64,000 nucleotides of DNA, taken from the NCBI GenBank assembly GCA_028534125.1, contig CM052818.1, forward strand, positions 16,742,001-16,806,000. Direction: 5' to 3'. The stretch is from Lama glama. Taxonomy: Eukaryota. The notes under the pieces were generated by a model, which saw nothing but the letters and a program-made list of their open reading frames with translations, did no database searches and was not told the origin of the DNA. The stretch's first letter is position 1. Each line of letters begins with the position of its first letter. Shown here piece by piece: positions 38,630 to 52,480 of this stretch. Made by a program: the position numbers and the translations under genes.

Positions 38630-39960
38630 TCACTATCAAAGATAAACAAAGTAATTTAAATAAAACTACAGACCAATATTTTTCATAAATATAGCTGCAA
38701 AAATTCTAAAGAAAATTTTGACACATATAAACCAATAACATTTTTAAATGATGCTTCACAACTAACTAGGATTTAGAATGCAGCGTTGGTTTAGCGTTTG
38801 GATATACTTTACTACAAATCATCATATCAGTAAAAGAAAAAATAAAAAATATGAAATTATATGATCATCTCGATAGATGTTAAAAAAAGAAAGCATTTGA
38901 CAAACTATAATATCCATTCCTGATTTAAGCAAACAAACAACCAGACCAAAAAAAACTCATGGCAAACTAGGAATAAAAAGAAACTCCTTCAACCTGATAA
39001 AGAACATTTATCTCCCACAGCTGAGATCGTACTTAATAGTGAAAGACTGAATGTCTTCCCCTAAGATTAGAGACAAGACAAGGATGCCTACTCTTTTTTC
39101 CAGCTTTATTAAAATATGATTGACAAGCAAACTGTAATATATTTAAAGTATTCAATGTGATTATTTAATATACACATACCTTGTGAAAGGATTCCCACAA
39201 TTGAATTAATATATCTATCACCTCACATGTTTACATTTTGTGTGTGTATCAGAGTGCTTAAGATCTAGTCTCTTAGCAAATTTCCATAATACAATATAGT
39301 ATCATCATTATCAACTATAGTCACCATACTATACATTAGACTCTCAAGCCTTATTCATCTTATAACTGAAAGTTTGTACCCTTTTACTTACCTGTCCCCA
39401 TGTCCTCTTCCCCTCTGCCCCTAGCAACTACCATTCTACTCTTTGTTTCTATGAATTTGACTTTTTTTTTTAGATTCCGCATATAAATGATACCATGCAG
39501 TATTTGTCTTTCTCTGCCTGGCTTATTTCACTTAATATAATGGCCTCTAGGATTATCCATGTTGTCCTCAATGCAGGAGTTTCTTTTAAGGTTGGATAAT
39601 ATGTGATAGCATATATTCACATTGTCATTAAGGAATGTTGACTCTTGACACTTTCATTCAGCATTGTACTGGAATTTCTATCTCGGGCAATTAGATAAGA
39701 AAAAGATGGCATTCAAATTAGAAAGGAAGAAATAAAACTCTCTGTACTTGCTGGTTGTATTATTGTCTTGTATATAGAAAATTATAGGGACACCACACAT
39801 ACACACAGACAGAGACACAGACTCACACACACTGTTAGAGCTAGAGTTCAGCAGGGTTGCAAGATACAAGATCAATATATGAAAATAAGCTGCCTTTTTA
39901 TAGAATAGCAACAAATACTCTGAAAACGAACTTAAAAAGCAAGTCTACTACAGTAGTATC
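38630..39960 (+). mobile_element. L1 ORF2 (RT) fragment split by a younger L1
   Basis: aactacagaccaatat; atgatcatctcgatagatg..aagcatttgacaaa; acaagacaaggatgcctactct; ttagaaaggaagaaataaaactctctg; ggttgcaagatacaagatcaatat. Confidence 0.85.
39095..39629 (-). mobile_element. L1MA9/10-type 3' end with TSD
   Basis: tttttccagctttatt...cttataactgaaagtttgtaccctt...tggcttatttcactta; TSD aaggatgcctactct (39080) / aaggaatgttgactct (39630). Confidence 0.85.
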
Positions 39961-40804
39961 TGCCGGCGATAGATTTCTTAAGGGCATGTTTCTGGTAGAA
40001 AGTAGCAAGAAATAAGGCACGCTATCGGTTTGGAAATAGTACTTATGTTAACTTTTGAGAGCTGAAATGAAGGCCTAGAGATCCTACTTGACAACAGCGA
40101 TGGTTGTTGGAGAGTCCCCGGTGCTTACACTTGCATCCAGCACAGCGCTGAGTACGCAGTAACCGTGGTGGTGTTGGACTGCGAAGCACAGAGTGTTACT
40201 TTGCAGCGGTCCTCTGTGTTGAGCATGAGAGCCTCTTGTTCTCTTGACCATATTTCCTGATTGGCAAATTTCCATCCGTTTCAGGAAAACAATCCAGTTT
40301 CCAGGACTGAGCCTTTAGGCGGGGGTGGGGGGACCTTTGGCCCAAAAAGACAGCTACTAAGAGCAATTGAGCAAGACAAGTAAATACAGGATTCTGATCT
40401 CTAGTATTTTCTTAACGAAATGTTGCAGGTTCCTTCTGAAGTGGGGAGAGAGGAATGGAAGGGTTTCACAACAAAAGAAATTTTTGGATGGGCTTCTTTC
40501 TTCCTCATTTCTGAAAAGTTTTCCACTATCCCCATGGACATTGTAAATCAGTTATAAGCCATGGAGTCTTCAGGGCCAGAATGATTGTTTAAGTTACCAG
40601 TTGGTTTAAATGCTATTTAAAATTTAGTTTTATTTAATGTGAGGAAGAATCATAAAAAGAAATTCACAAATGAACTTAATACTTCAGTAAGTTGAACTCA
40701 CTTTTCTCTTCTGGATTGAAGAAAGAATAAAAATCCTTTAGTCTTTAGAATTTAAAACTTTGGCCTAAATTAGTCCACAAATTTTGTGCATGCAATAGAA
40801 CAAC

Positions 40805-41230
40805 AGTAAAAAGCTAACATTTATTGATTGTTAATGTTATGCCAGGCATATTGCAAACATATGTTTGACCAGGATTTCTTAAATAATTGGCTTTATGGAC
40901 ATTTTGGGTTGTGTAATTTTTTTGTTGTCAGGGCTGTTTAGCAGCATCCCTGGCCTCTGCCTACTAGGTGCCAGTAACATCCCCTCCTGGTAATGAGAAT
41001 CAAAAATGTCTTATGAGGGCATAATCTCCCTTGACTGAGAACTTTGTAACTTCACCACAACTATAAGGTAGTTGTACAATTGTATTTTGTACTAAAGTAC
41101 AATTATTTTTCCTGTTTTATAACCCCCACCCACACCCAGAAGAAGAAGATAGATTAACTAACTTGCTCAAGGACATAGCTAGTAGGTGCCAGAGCTAAAA
41201 TTTAAAATCACCCTTATCCTGATGCTCACA
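40805..41230 (-). mobile_element. MIR interrupted by MER20
   Basis: agctaacatttattga...tatgccaggca, resuming ttcaccacaactataaggtag...aacttgctcaaggacatagctagta. Confidence 0.7.
40869..41046 (+). mobile_element. MER20 hAT MITE
   Basis: gacattttgggttgtgtaattttttgttgt...tttagcagcatccctggcctctgcctactaggtgccagta. Confidence 0.85.
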
Positions 41231-41464
41231 TGCACCATTGTGACCACCAGATTCTCCTCCTGAATTCTTATTTTTGGTCCCACAATAGGGGTTTACATAA
41301 GGGCACAGATTTTGAGAGAGAATTATTGTACAAAGAAGCCCTTACAGTAACTACTCTGATATTCCAAGTTTAGGTAACATTTTGGCCAACTTACTAGAAC
41401 CCCACACACACCCCATTGCATCTTTCATGTCATTTTTCTCACTTAATATTAAAAGATAGTAAAG

Positions 41465-41730
41465 TGTCAGCGCAAAAGTGTGGATTCTAGAGTTAAACTG
41501 TCTGTGTTTGAATCCGGATTCTGTTTCTTATTAGCTCAATGATTTGGGAAAAGAGACCTGGTCTTTCTGTACCTGAGAATACTCACGTGTGTACTTAGGC
41601 TGATGGCAGTACCTCCACATAGAAATCCTACTTGACAAAAGTTTGTGCTAGGATGAGATGAGGTACCGTGTGTAAAGCACTTAGAACAGTTGATACAGCA
41701 CAAGCTCTGTAAATGTTAACTCTTGGTTTT
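41465..41730 (+). mobile_element. Near full-length MIR
   Basis: gtgtggattctagagtta..tgtttgaatccggattctg...gtaaagcacttagaacag. Confidence 0.8.
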
Positions 41731-42214
41731 TAAATCTTATTTGTTTTAAACCCATCCCCTTCGTAATTAAGTTTTTAGGAGTATATATATAAACCTTGCT
41801 TTGTTGTAAGAACTAGCAGAACATTTTCTCTCCTAATGCCTGAAGAGGATCTGAGTTTCTAGGGCAGAGATGGCCACTGGTTCTTCGACACTGTTTTCCC
41901 TGCATGCGTGTTTCATGTGTTTTGGCTAACCTAGCTCTTGCCAGGCAGGTTTTTGGGGAAACTTTGGCCCTGCACTCCAATCTGCTGCTACAGAACTGAC
42001 TGGGAAGGCTACAGATTTCATTCATTTCTGTACATAATCATTTGACCCTCAAATAAGTAATATTTTTTACTTCCCAGCTAAGTGCTGGATGAGAATGAAG
42101 TGTTGCTTTTTCTGTAAAAATATTCTTGGGAGGTGTAAGAGGCAACTCTGTCATATCCATCCAATGGAATCACTTTCAAATCTCAACACAGACATTATCT
42201 AGCTATTTGGCTCT

Positions 42215-42370
42215 AACCCAGTTGCTTAACCTCTCTGTTATTTCCTTGTATATGAAAATACCACAGTAACGGTTCCTGTCTTCTGGGCTGGTTGTAGTAG
42301 ACGAGAGAACATGTACAAACCACATAGCATCTCTAGCCTGTAGGGTAAGTGTGCGCTAAATGGTAAATTC
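42215..42370 (+). mobile_element. MIR fragment
   Basis: agttgcttaacctctctgttatttcc. Confidence 0.55.
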
Positions 42371-42619
42371 TGTTCTTGACTCCTGAATGCCAGTCTTGAA
42401 ATAATAGTAATAAAAAGAAAACTAACTGAGAACTTCCAGTTTGACACCAAATGTCAAGCCAGGTTAGAGGATGATCAGAGTGGCCATAGGATTTCACAGT
42501 GAGGTTTATCTAGTGCATCAGGACACATTGGTGCATCCAAAGACTGAAAAAAACGAGTTATGTCTTTGTGTTATTGTTTAAGGTAGAAAACAATCTGAGT
42601 TGAAGGGAGGGATATGTTT

Positions 42620-42890
42620 ATCCAAATATATATCCTCATTCAATCTCTTTGAAGCTTTTCCTGTGATGATAAACTCATTGGTATCTTTCATACTCAACAC
42701 CTTTGGTGCTTATTCTTAGACTTTATAAAATTCATCTTTTACAGCAATTATTCTGAATATGTTTTGCCTCCTAATTAGATTCTAAGCTTGTAGGCAGGAA
42801 ATGTACTTTCTCTTTTTCTGGTAGTTTTTAGGACCTAGCATAACATCTTTCCATAGAGGTATTAGATTAATGTGTGTTAATTGATTGGCC
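42620..42890 (+). mobile_element. L2 3' fragment
   Basis: tagattctaagcttgtaggcagga...acctagcataa. Confidence 0.55.
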
Positions 42891-44899
42891 AAAACCAGTA
42901 ATGTGGAAAGTCAGTGGATTTTTGCTCCAAAGGTTTGGGACATGCTGACTGGTCTCCCTTAAATTGCTCCTGTTCTACAGCCAATAGTCATATTTATTTA
43001 TGATCTTCTGCCATAGCTTTAGGGAACATTTGAGGAGCTTTCATATGTGGTTTATTAATAAAATTCGCTTTTAAACTAGCATATTTGCAACCTCACTTTT
43101 TAAAGAGCCTGCTTTAAAATTTCCCTCTTAAGGAAGGTGCATGATGGCTAAATAGATGATCACATTAAATGCTGTGTAACCACCACTTACAGAGTTTAAC
43201 TCACTTCTCTATAATTACTCTTTGAACTCTGCTGAAGATCTGTAATGTACACTGCTGGTGGCAGTCAGGCCCAGGCCTTGCCTGTCCTGTTTTTTTATTT
43301 ACTAACTGTTTTGTGAACTATGATTTTCATCCTGTTCATAACATTTCTGGTATATAATTATTTGCAGCCTTCACTTTATATTTTTATTGTAAGAGTAGTG
43401 ACTCAGGTCAGCTGTGGATTAAAATGCTACTTCCCTAGCCAGACCTTTATGTATGCATGTGTGTGTGCTGCGCGCGTGCATGCGTGTGTGTGTGTAGGGG
43501 AGGGTATGAATGGAACTGAAAGCAATACACTCTCGCACGTGGCTCCTTCCCTTTGTTCTCCTTCCACAGCTGTCTTTCCTCACCTACACCCCACGTGTGA
43601 GTGCCACTTGAGTCAGTCTCCACGGTTAAGTTGGTTTATCTCCCATCTGAAAGTGCTGCAGGCCCTGGGACCCTCCTGACCCTGTCAGGTGACATCAGGT
43701 CTCTCATTCTGGTCTGCTGCTCAGATGGTGAATCCTGGTTTTAGAAACTAAACACTTTTTTTGTGAAGAAGCTCCTACAGGATGCCCAGTTTACAGAAAC
43801 TTTATCTCGTTCTTGGTTCCCGGTTTGTGAATACTGAAATCCAACCTTGAATCCCAAGCCTTACAACCAAACCCTTTTTACCCAAGGTCCTCCTCCTGCT
43901 TTCTTGCCTGCTTCTTTGTTCTCCTGGAATTCTGCCCACTGTCTGCTTACTGCTATACTCCCTGCATCACCACCTACTCATCCATGTTTCCTTCCCAGTT
44001 CTGGTGGACCTTTCTCAAGTATTTACTCCACTGAAGGGCAACTGTCAGTGCCTAAATTCCTGGATGTCCCTGATCTGCTCCATAAGCTGTTGAATCAACC
44101 TTGCATCTTGCTCTTTGTGGGTAGCAGTTGCACCAACTAAAGTTCGCTCTGAAAGCTCTACAGTAAAAACCTGAGTGTTGACAACAATATGTAGGCAGTT
44201 TAGGGGTTGAAGACTCCATAAAGGTGGTCCATATAATCTCATTCTTTTAAAAGAATTGACAGGGTAGTTTTTAAATAATTGTATTAAATTGGGATAGAGC
44301 AAGTGTTATGCTGTGATTTTTGATTTTCATTTGCAAAAATAAAATATATCGTGACATAAACATGATACGATAGATATGATGAGCATAAGGAGTAAAATTT
44401 GATGGCATATAATTCCTACATATTGTATATATCTTTTCTCTTCAAGAGGAAGAAGAAATGATTAACGTCTTTAAATGAATGAATAGGCCTCTGAGTACCA
44501 TTTCAAAAAAGTGTTGCTTTTGTGTGCCTGAATGCAAGGGAATGTGGTCTCAGGAGTTCCTGAATGTAATACGTAGAAAGTTGTTTGTAATTAACTGATC
44601 TGTGTATTTGTCCCCAAGGTGGGACTTCTTACCTTTGAAAAATGTACATTGTATTTTTAACCTACACACAATACCCCATCTAAGTCAGTTAGTATGACTC
44701 AAATTTGTTGGTTGAATACAGACATAAGATTTGTCTTATTTTAACAGCTTTTTTTTTCTATTTCAGTTTTTAGAGTCTACATGATATGTGATGTAATTAG
44801 TATGGCCCAATCACATATAAAATACTTAGACCATTTACTTCCGATAATGTAAGCACAGTCCTAAATCTGCGAAGTGGAAATGAGCTGCAATTGACTACT

Positions 44900-45100
44900 T
44901 ATCATACTCCAAACAGTTTGTTAAGTGCTTCTGAAACATTATGTTGTAACAACTTCACAAGGTTTTCATTGCTCTCTGTTAGGAAGCTAAGACTCAAAGA
45001 CAATGAGGAATTTGTCACAGTTATAATAATAAATGACTGAATTAGGATTTGAACTCTGTTCAGTGAATCTGGTGTCCACCATGGGTCCATGCTTATCCTA
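44900..45100 (-). mobile_element. MIR SINE
   Basis: taagtgctt...aggaagctaagactcaaag...aggatttgaactc. Confidence 0.6.
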
Positions 45101-46562
45101 GTCTACATTCCATCAGGATGTGGAAATGAATTATTGAAGTTAAAGTCATTCTCTTAAATCTCCCATTTGTCTGCCATGTCTTGCCAGTGCCACAGTGTTC
45201 ATCTCCCTTAGTGTTTTCTCCTCCACATCCATTGACCATTTATGGATCGCTGCTTGGAAAGCAGTCAGCTAGGCACATGATGGAACACAAAGAGACATGA
45301 GACATGGGTCTGTCCTTCTGGCAGCTTATTTTCTGACTGACAGGTCAAAACTATCTTACTATAAATAATTAATAGGAATGACAGAGTATGTCAAGTGAGG
45401 AGGGTGGAGTGAAACTCACTGTGCTCTGGGGCAGGTGAGGAAAGGTGGAAAATGATTCACAGTAGAAAACACAGGCGGTACTTTGAAGAAGTGATTGGGG
45501 ATGGATTGGATGACCTGGATGATGATCTGTTGTCTCACAACAGACACTTTGAAACATGCTTTTGTATACTCATGAAAGGCACTTTACTTTTCTTTTAAAA
45601 ATTGTAATAGTTTAAAGTTTTAAGTTTAAATTACACTAAGATAGTTTCTTCTTAATTTAATTTTCATCTCCCACTTCTAAAATATGAAGCCCATGGTAGT
45701 GTGTCTCATGCTGACCTGTTCACCTCTATTCCTCTAACACCTACAACTGTTCCTAATACGTAGCAAAGTCTCAGTAAGTTTGGTTGAAGAGTTAGTCATG
45801 ACTGACAAAACCATTCTGCATTCTGCTTTCTAATGACTAAAATAGCTGATATTAAAGAGTTTTACATTGTTGAATGCTCATTTTAATGAATTATCTGGTC
45901 CATTGTTACAAACAACAGTGTTTATTAGGTTTATCATTTTGTTGTAGTATTTGTACACACGAGAGAAGATAGAACTTTTATCAGGGTCTCAAGTTTCAAT
46001 GTATTCTTCTCATAAAGCATATTTAAAGAGGCCCTGTTTTACTATCCTAGATTAAAATTCATAAATAAGATAATCTAGTAAAATAAGATAGGTGACATGG
46101 ATTATATAACACTTAATTTTTAAAAGCAATATAATTCCATATTATTAATATAAAGGAAGCATATGAGGAAAGCTATTTTATGAAATTCTGTGTATCTCAA
46201 TATGCAAATGTTCAGGCATGTGAAGAATAGAAGGCATCAAAGGCAGTCAGCTGCTTATACCTAAATGTAGAAGCTCCATGAATATGAAGCCACATTTGCA
46301 CACTAATGGAGGTGTGTTATATTGGTGACTCATACTATGGGAAGTGTTGCAGTTGACGACTTTTTTTTTAATTGCTGAACAATTCTCGGTAAATTTCCAA
46401 ACCAAATAAGTTCTGTAGTTCTCCAGCTTTACAAAGTAGTTGCATTCTTAAAAAGAAAAAGAAAAAACTAGAAAAAAATAGAAAAGTGTGCAAAAAATGC
46501 TTTGTGTTCATTTGCTTAAAATTAGGTGGTAGACACAGATAATTATAAACAGGTTGTTTGTA

Positions 46563-46765
46563 TAGATGGTTATCTAGTGGGGCATTTGAAAGCTGCATGG
46601 AGCATACTGACTGTCGTTTGCATTGCAGGACTTCTGTCATCCCTGACCCCTACCCACTAAGCCAGCACAGCACCTCTGTCCTTGTGGAATATATATAGGT
46701 ATATGAGGTCACAGATTTAAAAGATTTGCGCCTCTAGGGTAGTACTACTCTCTGAGAACTATTGC
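46563..46765. mobile_element. MER20B-like hAT MITE
   Basis: gcattgcaggacttctgtcatccctgacccctacccactaa...tgagaactattg. Confidence 0.6.
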
Positions 46766-47199
46766 TGTAGATAAATAAGGAGCTAGGCACAATTTATTTT
46801 ATTTACTCTCTCTCCTTCTTTTGAAGGTACAAATTTCTCCCCTCAGTTAAATCCGCTACACTGACATTGGTTGCCTCGAGTCAGTCTTTCATCTCATCCC
46901 TTTTCAGCCCTCATGTTATCTTGAAGGTGCATCTCCCCAGAAATATCCTGGACTTTGAGCCAAGGCTCTCCCAGTGCTTATTTCTAGCTGCTGTTACTGA
47001 GCAATTTAATAAAATCTGATAAATTTAACTCCGAACGTACTACTTCTGTCATATAGGGACTTCTAGTTTTACTTCATATTTTTAATTACATCAGAACTAA
47101 GGCATTCTGATAAAATTTCAGACCTCTGCCATGTATCTGTGAAAGGAGTGTTCAGATACGTTGGCTTTCCAAAGCCATTATGTAATTTGCTGACTATTA

Positions 47200-47380
47200 C
47201 CTATTACAGACCAGAACTGTCAGGTTATTTAATATCTTGGAGACTCAGATTTTTCTTTCATAAAACAGAGATGATAATGAGAACTGAAGTTGTTTCTGTG
47301 ATTAGTAAATAAGGTATCCTCTGTATAAAATTGTTAGCATAAACTCAAGTACACAGACAGTGTTAGTGCTCCTTGTTACC
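47200..47380 (+). mobile_element. MIR SINE
   Basis: caggttatttaatatcttggagactcagattttt..taaaacagagatgataat. Confidence 0.6.
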
Positions 47381-47412
47381 AAAAATTTTTCACCTTTCAT
47401 CTTACTGTTGAG

Positions 47413-47581
47413 CTGCGTTCTCAGCTAGGGGTGATTTGGTGGAGGGTGGGAGGGTGATACTGGCATTTAATGGCTAGATGCAACGGATGCTACTTAACAT
47501 CCTAAAATGGACAGGACAGGGCCCAACAAGAAAGAATTCTCCAGCCCAGTATGTCAGTAGCAATAAAGGGAGGAAACCCTG
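47413..47581 (-). mobile_element. MER20, internally deleted
   Basis: ttctcagctaggggtgattt...tactggcatt...ggatgctacttaacatccta..caggacag...aagaattctccagccc..tgtcagtag..gaaaccctg. Confidence 0.85.
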
Positions 47582-50500
47582 CTATAGGTATATAGCATGC
47601 AGTCTTCAGTTTATTGTTAGTATTTGCTTTTCATCTGCTTTCTTTTATTCTTACAAAGAAGAAACTCACAAGGTTAACTCAGATTCACTGAGTTAACTTA
47701 TTTTCCAATGAAAGCCAGCATGAATTGTCACATATATATTCTGAGAAACTGGTAAGAATAAAGTATAAAATTTCACATTATTATAAATATTTCTTTTATT
47801 TTTTTTGTTGGTATCTTAAGGCCCATCCAATTCCATTTTCCTTTCTATATAGCTTCACTATTTGAAGTATTAATGAAGCTAAGATCTTGAAACATGTCTT
47901 TGAAGGTTAATAGATTCTAGAAAAGAAGAGTAAATTCAGCTACTTTATCCCACCACTTTGAGAAAAGAAACTATGAGTGTAAAACTGTTGCGAACAATTA
48001 TATGTTGGGCTAATAAACGTTAGGCCAGGAGATGGTTCACATATTGTTATTTTGCTTAACACATAAGTGACCAGGACTTACATGCACATTTTTGTCTTAA
48101 ATAATCTCTGCGGCCCTCACATTTATATAAGGTAGCAAGATACCCAGAGGATGGTGTAGACTTTAATTGAATTGTAGTTTTTCCAGAATCTTTCTTGTGC
48201 ATATACATGTTGAGAAGAAATAGGTGACATGTATGCACATGATATCCAGAAAAGCCTGTTTGTGGCTCTGGAACCACTCATCTGTAGGAATATCTGACCT
48301 ATGAAATGCACAGTTACAACTGTTTGTGCGTGGCAAGTGCTGGCAGTGCAAGTAAAAGCTCTCCAGCCTAGTTCTTATTTTGCGCTCCCAATTTTTCCAA
48401 GATGTCAGAAGATCCTTTCCTTGCAGAAACACTGAGAAGCTCTTAGGAGAATGAAGGCCTGATTAGGAATGAAACCATACCTAATGTATCAGCTCAGAAA
48501 TACGTTCACGTTGGAAAACACGGCAGTATGTCTGGAGCACGGGGAAGAAGGAGAGAGTGACTTTTTCATTTTAGAGACAGGGGAATTATCAAATCAGTAC
48601 TGTGCCTTTATCCCTCATGTTTCCCGGTTTTTTAATGTGTGACTATATTAATGATTTTTTAAAGGATGTGTTTCAGTATGAGTATGGGTAAACTGTTCAG
48701 CCAAGTCTATTTCTTGATGTCATTTTCTGACCCTTGGAAACGTCAGAATTGAAATGAAAGGTAAGTGACTAAATTAGACATATTTAAAACCAAACAAACA
48801 CACTTTCATCCCATTTATTTAACAAAGCCCCTATATCTGCTCAATACTGTGTGTTTGAATAGTAGATTTTTTCCTTGATTTTCTTTTGATCCCCATGTCT
48901 TACTTTGGAAATGAGAATATGTAATAAAGTGTATTTATGTAATTTTAATAAACTGGATAAGATAGTGATAAGAGTTGTGTGATTTCAGGTTCTTCATCTT
49001 CAGCTTCTGCCAGCACAGTCCTAGGCACAAGTCTGCTTATTAACGGATGCTGGACTAGTTAAGTGTATTTATTCCCTTGGGTGTATAGAACAGATCTAGT
49101 GTTTGTTTTCTGTTTCTTGGTACTCAGTTTCTGCACCAAGTTTTCTTGGTGAACCCCAAGAACAGATCTAAAACTGGCGAATAAGCCATTTTGAATTCAT
49201 GGAAGCATGTACTCAGTAAACTCAATGTTCTGGGAACTCTTCAGAGGGAAGTGTTATCTCTTCCATTGTCCCTAATTGTAAATTATCTACGAGGTCTAAT
49301 AAAAATAGAGCTTCACAACTTCTATAATTCAGTTTGGTGTCTTGACTATAAAGCACAGAGAAAAAATAACTGGGCTCAATTAGGGGCTGCCTGAAAGAGA
49401 GAGCTGTCTATCATGTGGCTGCTCTGAGGTTCAAAAAAAGCTCTTAATTCTTCTTATTATATGAGAAGCCTGGGGGACAGTGTGTATCAGTTGCCCCCTC
49501 CAACATCAGAATTCTTCTTAATGCGGGTGAGAACTAAATCACTGAGACAAATTTTAGTAAGTCCGGAGCAACCAGTGAACCTCAAAGGAGTGAACATAAT
49601 TTGGAAAGTGTTAACCTGCCTATCAGTATTTGTAATTTTGATTCTCATTATTTTATTTCCTGACATCGCATTTACTGCAGTTGTACAAAATGATTAGTCA
49701 TCTGTTGGGTTTTATGCCCACAGTTGAAGAAAGAGCACTTACCATATTTTTTAATACTTTTGATTGAAATTGTGTTCCATGTACAATTTGGTTGAAGAGT
49801 GTTTTTATGGTTTAATTTGTCATCTGGCTATTTCACTTAAAAAAAGTATCTAAGTATTATCAATAATTAGTCCATATAAATATTTTAAAATAATACCTGA
49901 TTTAATTACGTGAAGTTTTGGATCTCTTTGAATTGCCATGGAAGGTTTTATTGATTCTTCCAGAATAGATGACAGTCATATGATGATTTTAAAAATTGTC
50001 GATACTAAAATGTTAAGAGGTGCATGCATTAAAAGATAAAAGAGAGCAAAAATCACCTTAGGAAATCTTTTACAGTACACTTAGAGACAAAAGGCTTTTA
50101 TATTTTCACTGAAGCAGAATGTGTTATCTATATATGATATGCATTATGAGCATGTCTGAGAAGTGTGTTTTGAAATATTAATATATTTTTAAGATAAAAT
50201 GGGTAATTGTATGGATTTTTAACTTATTTTGAAATAAGCAAATGTTTCATAAGTGGCAAAGGGATCTGGTAGGAACCATTTTTCTACCTGAATAAATGAA
50301 GCCAATACTTTACAGATTGCACAAGCCTGTAAGAATTGACACTCAGAATGATGAAAAACAGTTTTTTCTTCCTTTTCACTAATGTGAAAAAAAATTTAGG
50401 AAGTACACTGTTAAGTAGATACTATGAACTTTCATAGGTTGTATATCAGTTGCTCTATTTGGATGTATACTTTGTCCTGAGCACCTGACAGAAGATTGCG

Positions 50501-51507
50501 CTATTGCTCTGTAAAAGAATTTTACGATGCTGGATTAGTGTTGATGGTTTTTAATCCTTCAAAGTACTAGGAGAGACTCCACAGTATAATCTAAGCACTA
50601 TAATAAAAATTTATTCTGCCTAGTGTCTTTGCAGCGTGGATGCGTTTATCAGCTTGTCTAGCATAAAGTATCTTAGTTCTCCATTTCTGTGCATGGGCGA
50701 ACAGTGGTTATGATGTTGAAACAAGTAACTGTTGTAACAGGTTATCATTTTACTTGTTTCAGTTTTTGTAAATTATTGGGTATTCAGTTTGGGAAGATAT
50801 TTCTAACTTATTCAATAAAAATTATGGATAAGTAATTGTATAATTAAGCTAACGTAGTTGACAAGTGTCTTTGATTCATCTCATTATTTACTCTTTCAGT
50901 ATGTATATTTTGAATGCCTACTGTATGTGAGGGACTGTGCTAGATGCTAGAAAGAAGGTATCTTGTATATTTTCTTTAAATATTGGTTGCTTTTGATTAA
51001 TTTATATGTTTAATTCCAAAAGTCAGTCCAAACATCTAGTATCCAAATTGACATTGGACAAAAATGTATGCCTCTGTTATTGAAGAAATTTTTGGTTGCA
51101 AAGGAAAGAAACCGGGAAATTAAAGACCCACCATAACTCAGATAATCACTGTCCAGTAAGGGTTTGCCAGGAGAACAGGACTGCCTTTTTTTGATTAAAT
51201 AGTATGTAAAAAAGCCTTCAGAAGAAATCTTGTAGTTAGGAAGCCATTTATAGGAAATTGATGAACTATGCAATTTTTTTCCAACCTTTTTTCCTGCTGA
51301 ATAGTTTAAGCAACTTTAAACTAAAGCAAGAGTTATTTGGTTTTTAATGGATTTCAGTGCTTTAAGTGCAAAGTTCTTTGTTTCTACCACTTTATATTAT
51401 CTCCAGTAGATGTGTTTGTCGTAATTTTTCAAAGTTCAAATCACAGATATTTGACATTTGAAATTTATTTTCTATCTCCCTTCTTAAAGTGTATTGATAA
51501 TACACTG

Positions 51508-51567
51508 ATAATATCTTATAAATTTGGTTGGTTGGTTATAATATCTTATAAATTTGGTTGGTTGGTT
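51508..51567. repeat. Perfect 2x30-bp tandem duplication
   Basis: ataatatcttataaatttggttggttggtt twice, no mismatches. Confidence 0.95.
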
Positions 51568-51722
51568 TGATTGTTTATAAGTAAAAATCTCAGTATAATG
51601 ACACATTGGTGAAATGTAAGTAAATAGCTAAATGTGTGTCACTACTCTAATGCTGCCAAGTGTGAGAGTTGTGTGGCAGTTTCCCTACACTTGGGGCAAA
51701 AGGAGTATCATAGTCCAAATGA

Positions 51723-51975
51723 CAGCTTTTTCCAGTGTGTGTTCTGGGGAGCACTATTAATAGGCTTCACCCACAAAACAAAGATTTTCTACACAAATAA
51801 ATTAGGAAAATACTGTGTTGAACAGAGGTATATAGTTTATTTATTGCAGGACATTTCAGCATTCTCAGTTTGTAGTTATGCACTGTGAATCTCTGAAAGA
51901 GAGGTAGAAGTGTTCCAAACGTATTTGTCAAGAACTCCTTGACAAATATCTCTTTAGTACTGTGTTCATGGTGTA
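51723..51975. mobile_element. MER103C-like hAT-Charlie element
   Basis: cagctttttccagtgtgtgttctggggagcacta...tgcaggac...atgcactgtgaatctct. Confidence 0.65.
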
Positions 51976-52259
51976 GTCATATACCCATGTTTATAATGTT
52001 ATGTGCATTGTTTCCAAATGTACTGGTGAAGGACTTCTTGAAAAACATCTCTCATGACTAATGCATCTTGGGGCTGATGTTAGGAAGTGCTAGCCTTAGG
52101 ATGGCAGTTCCACAGGCTTCCAGGCCTGCCTGATCTTTCTCAAATTCTAGATTGCTCAAGCAGCTCTGAGTGAGTTGTATGCAGTTTGAATCCTCTGAGG
52201 ATATCCCAGAGTAGATGTGATTTCCAGGGGTCTTTAAACATAGAGCTGAAAAGAGTAGC

Positions 52260-52480
52260 AATTACTACTAATAATAGCAAAGACAACAACAATAATATTC
52301 ACAAGTAAATATGTGGCATATTGTTTTCTAAATGCTTTCAAATCTTGACTCACTTGATTTTTACAGCAAACTTGGGGTAATTTAATTTGTCAGAGTTTTT
52401 CCAGCTTATATTTGAGGAGGCAAAATAACTTAGAGAGGTTCAGAAACATGTCAAGTTTTCACACCAGGTTTATACTCCCC
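52260..52480 (-). mobile_element. MIR SINE
   Basis: ctaaatgcttt...cttagagaggttcagaaacatgtcaag. Confidence 0.55.
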
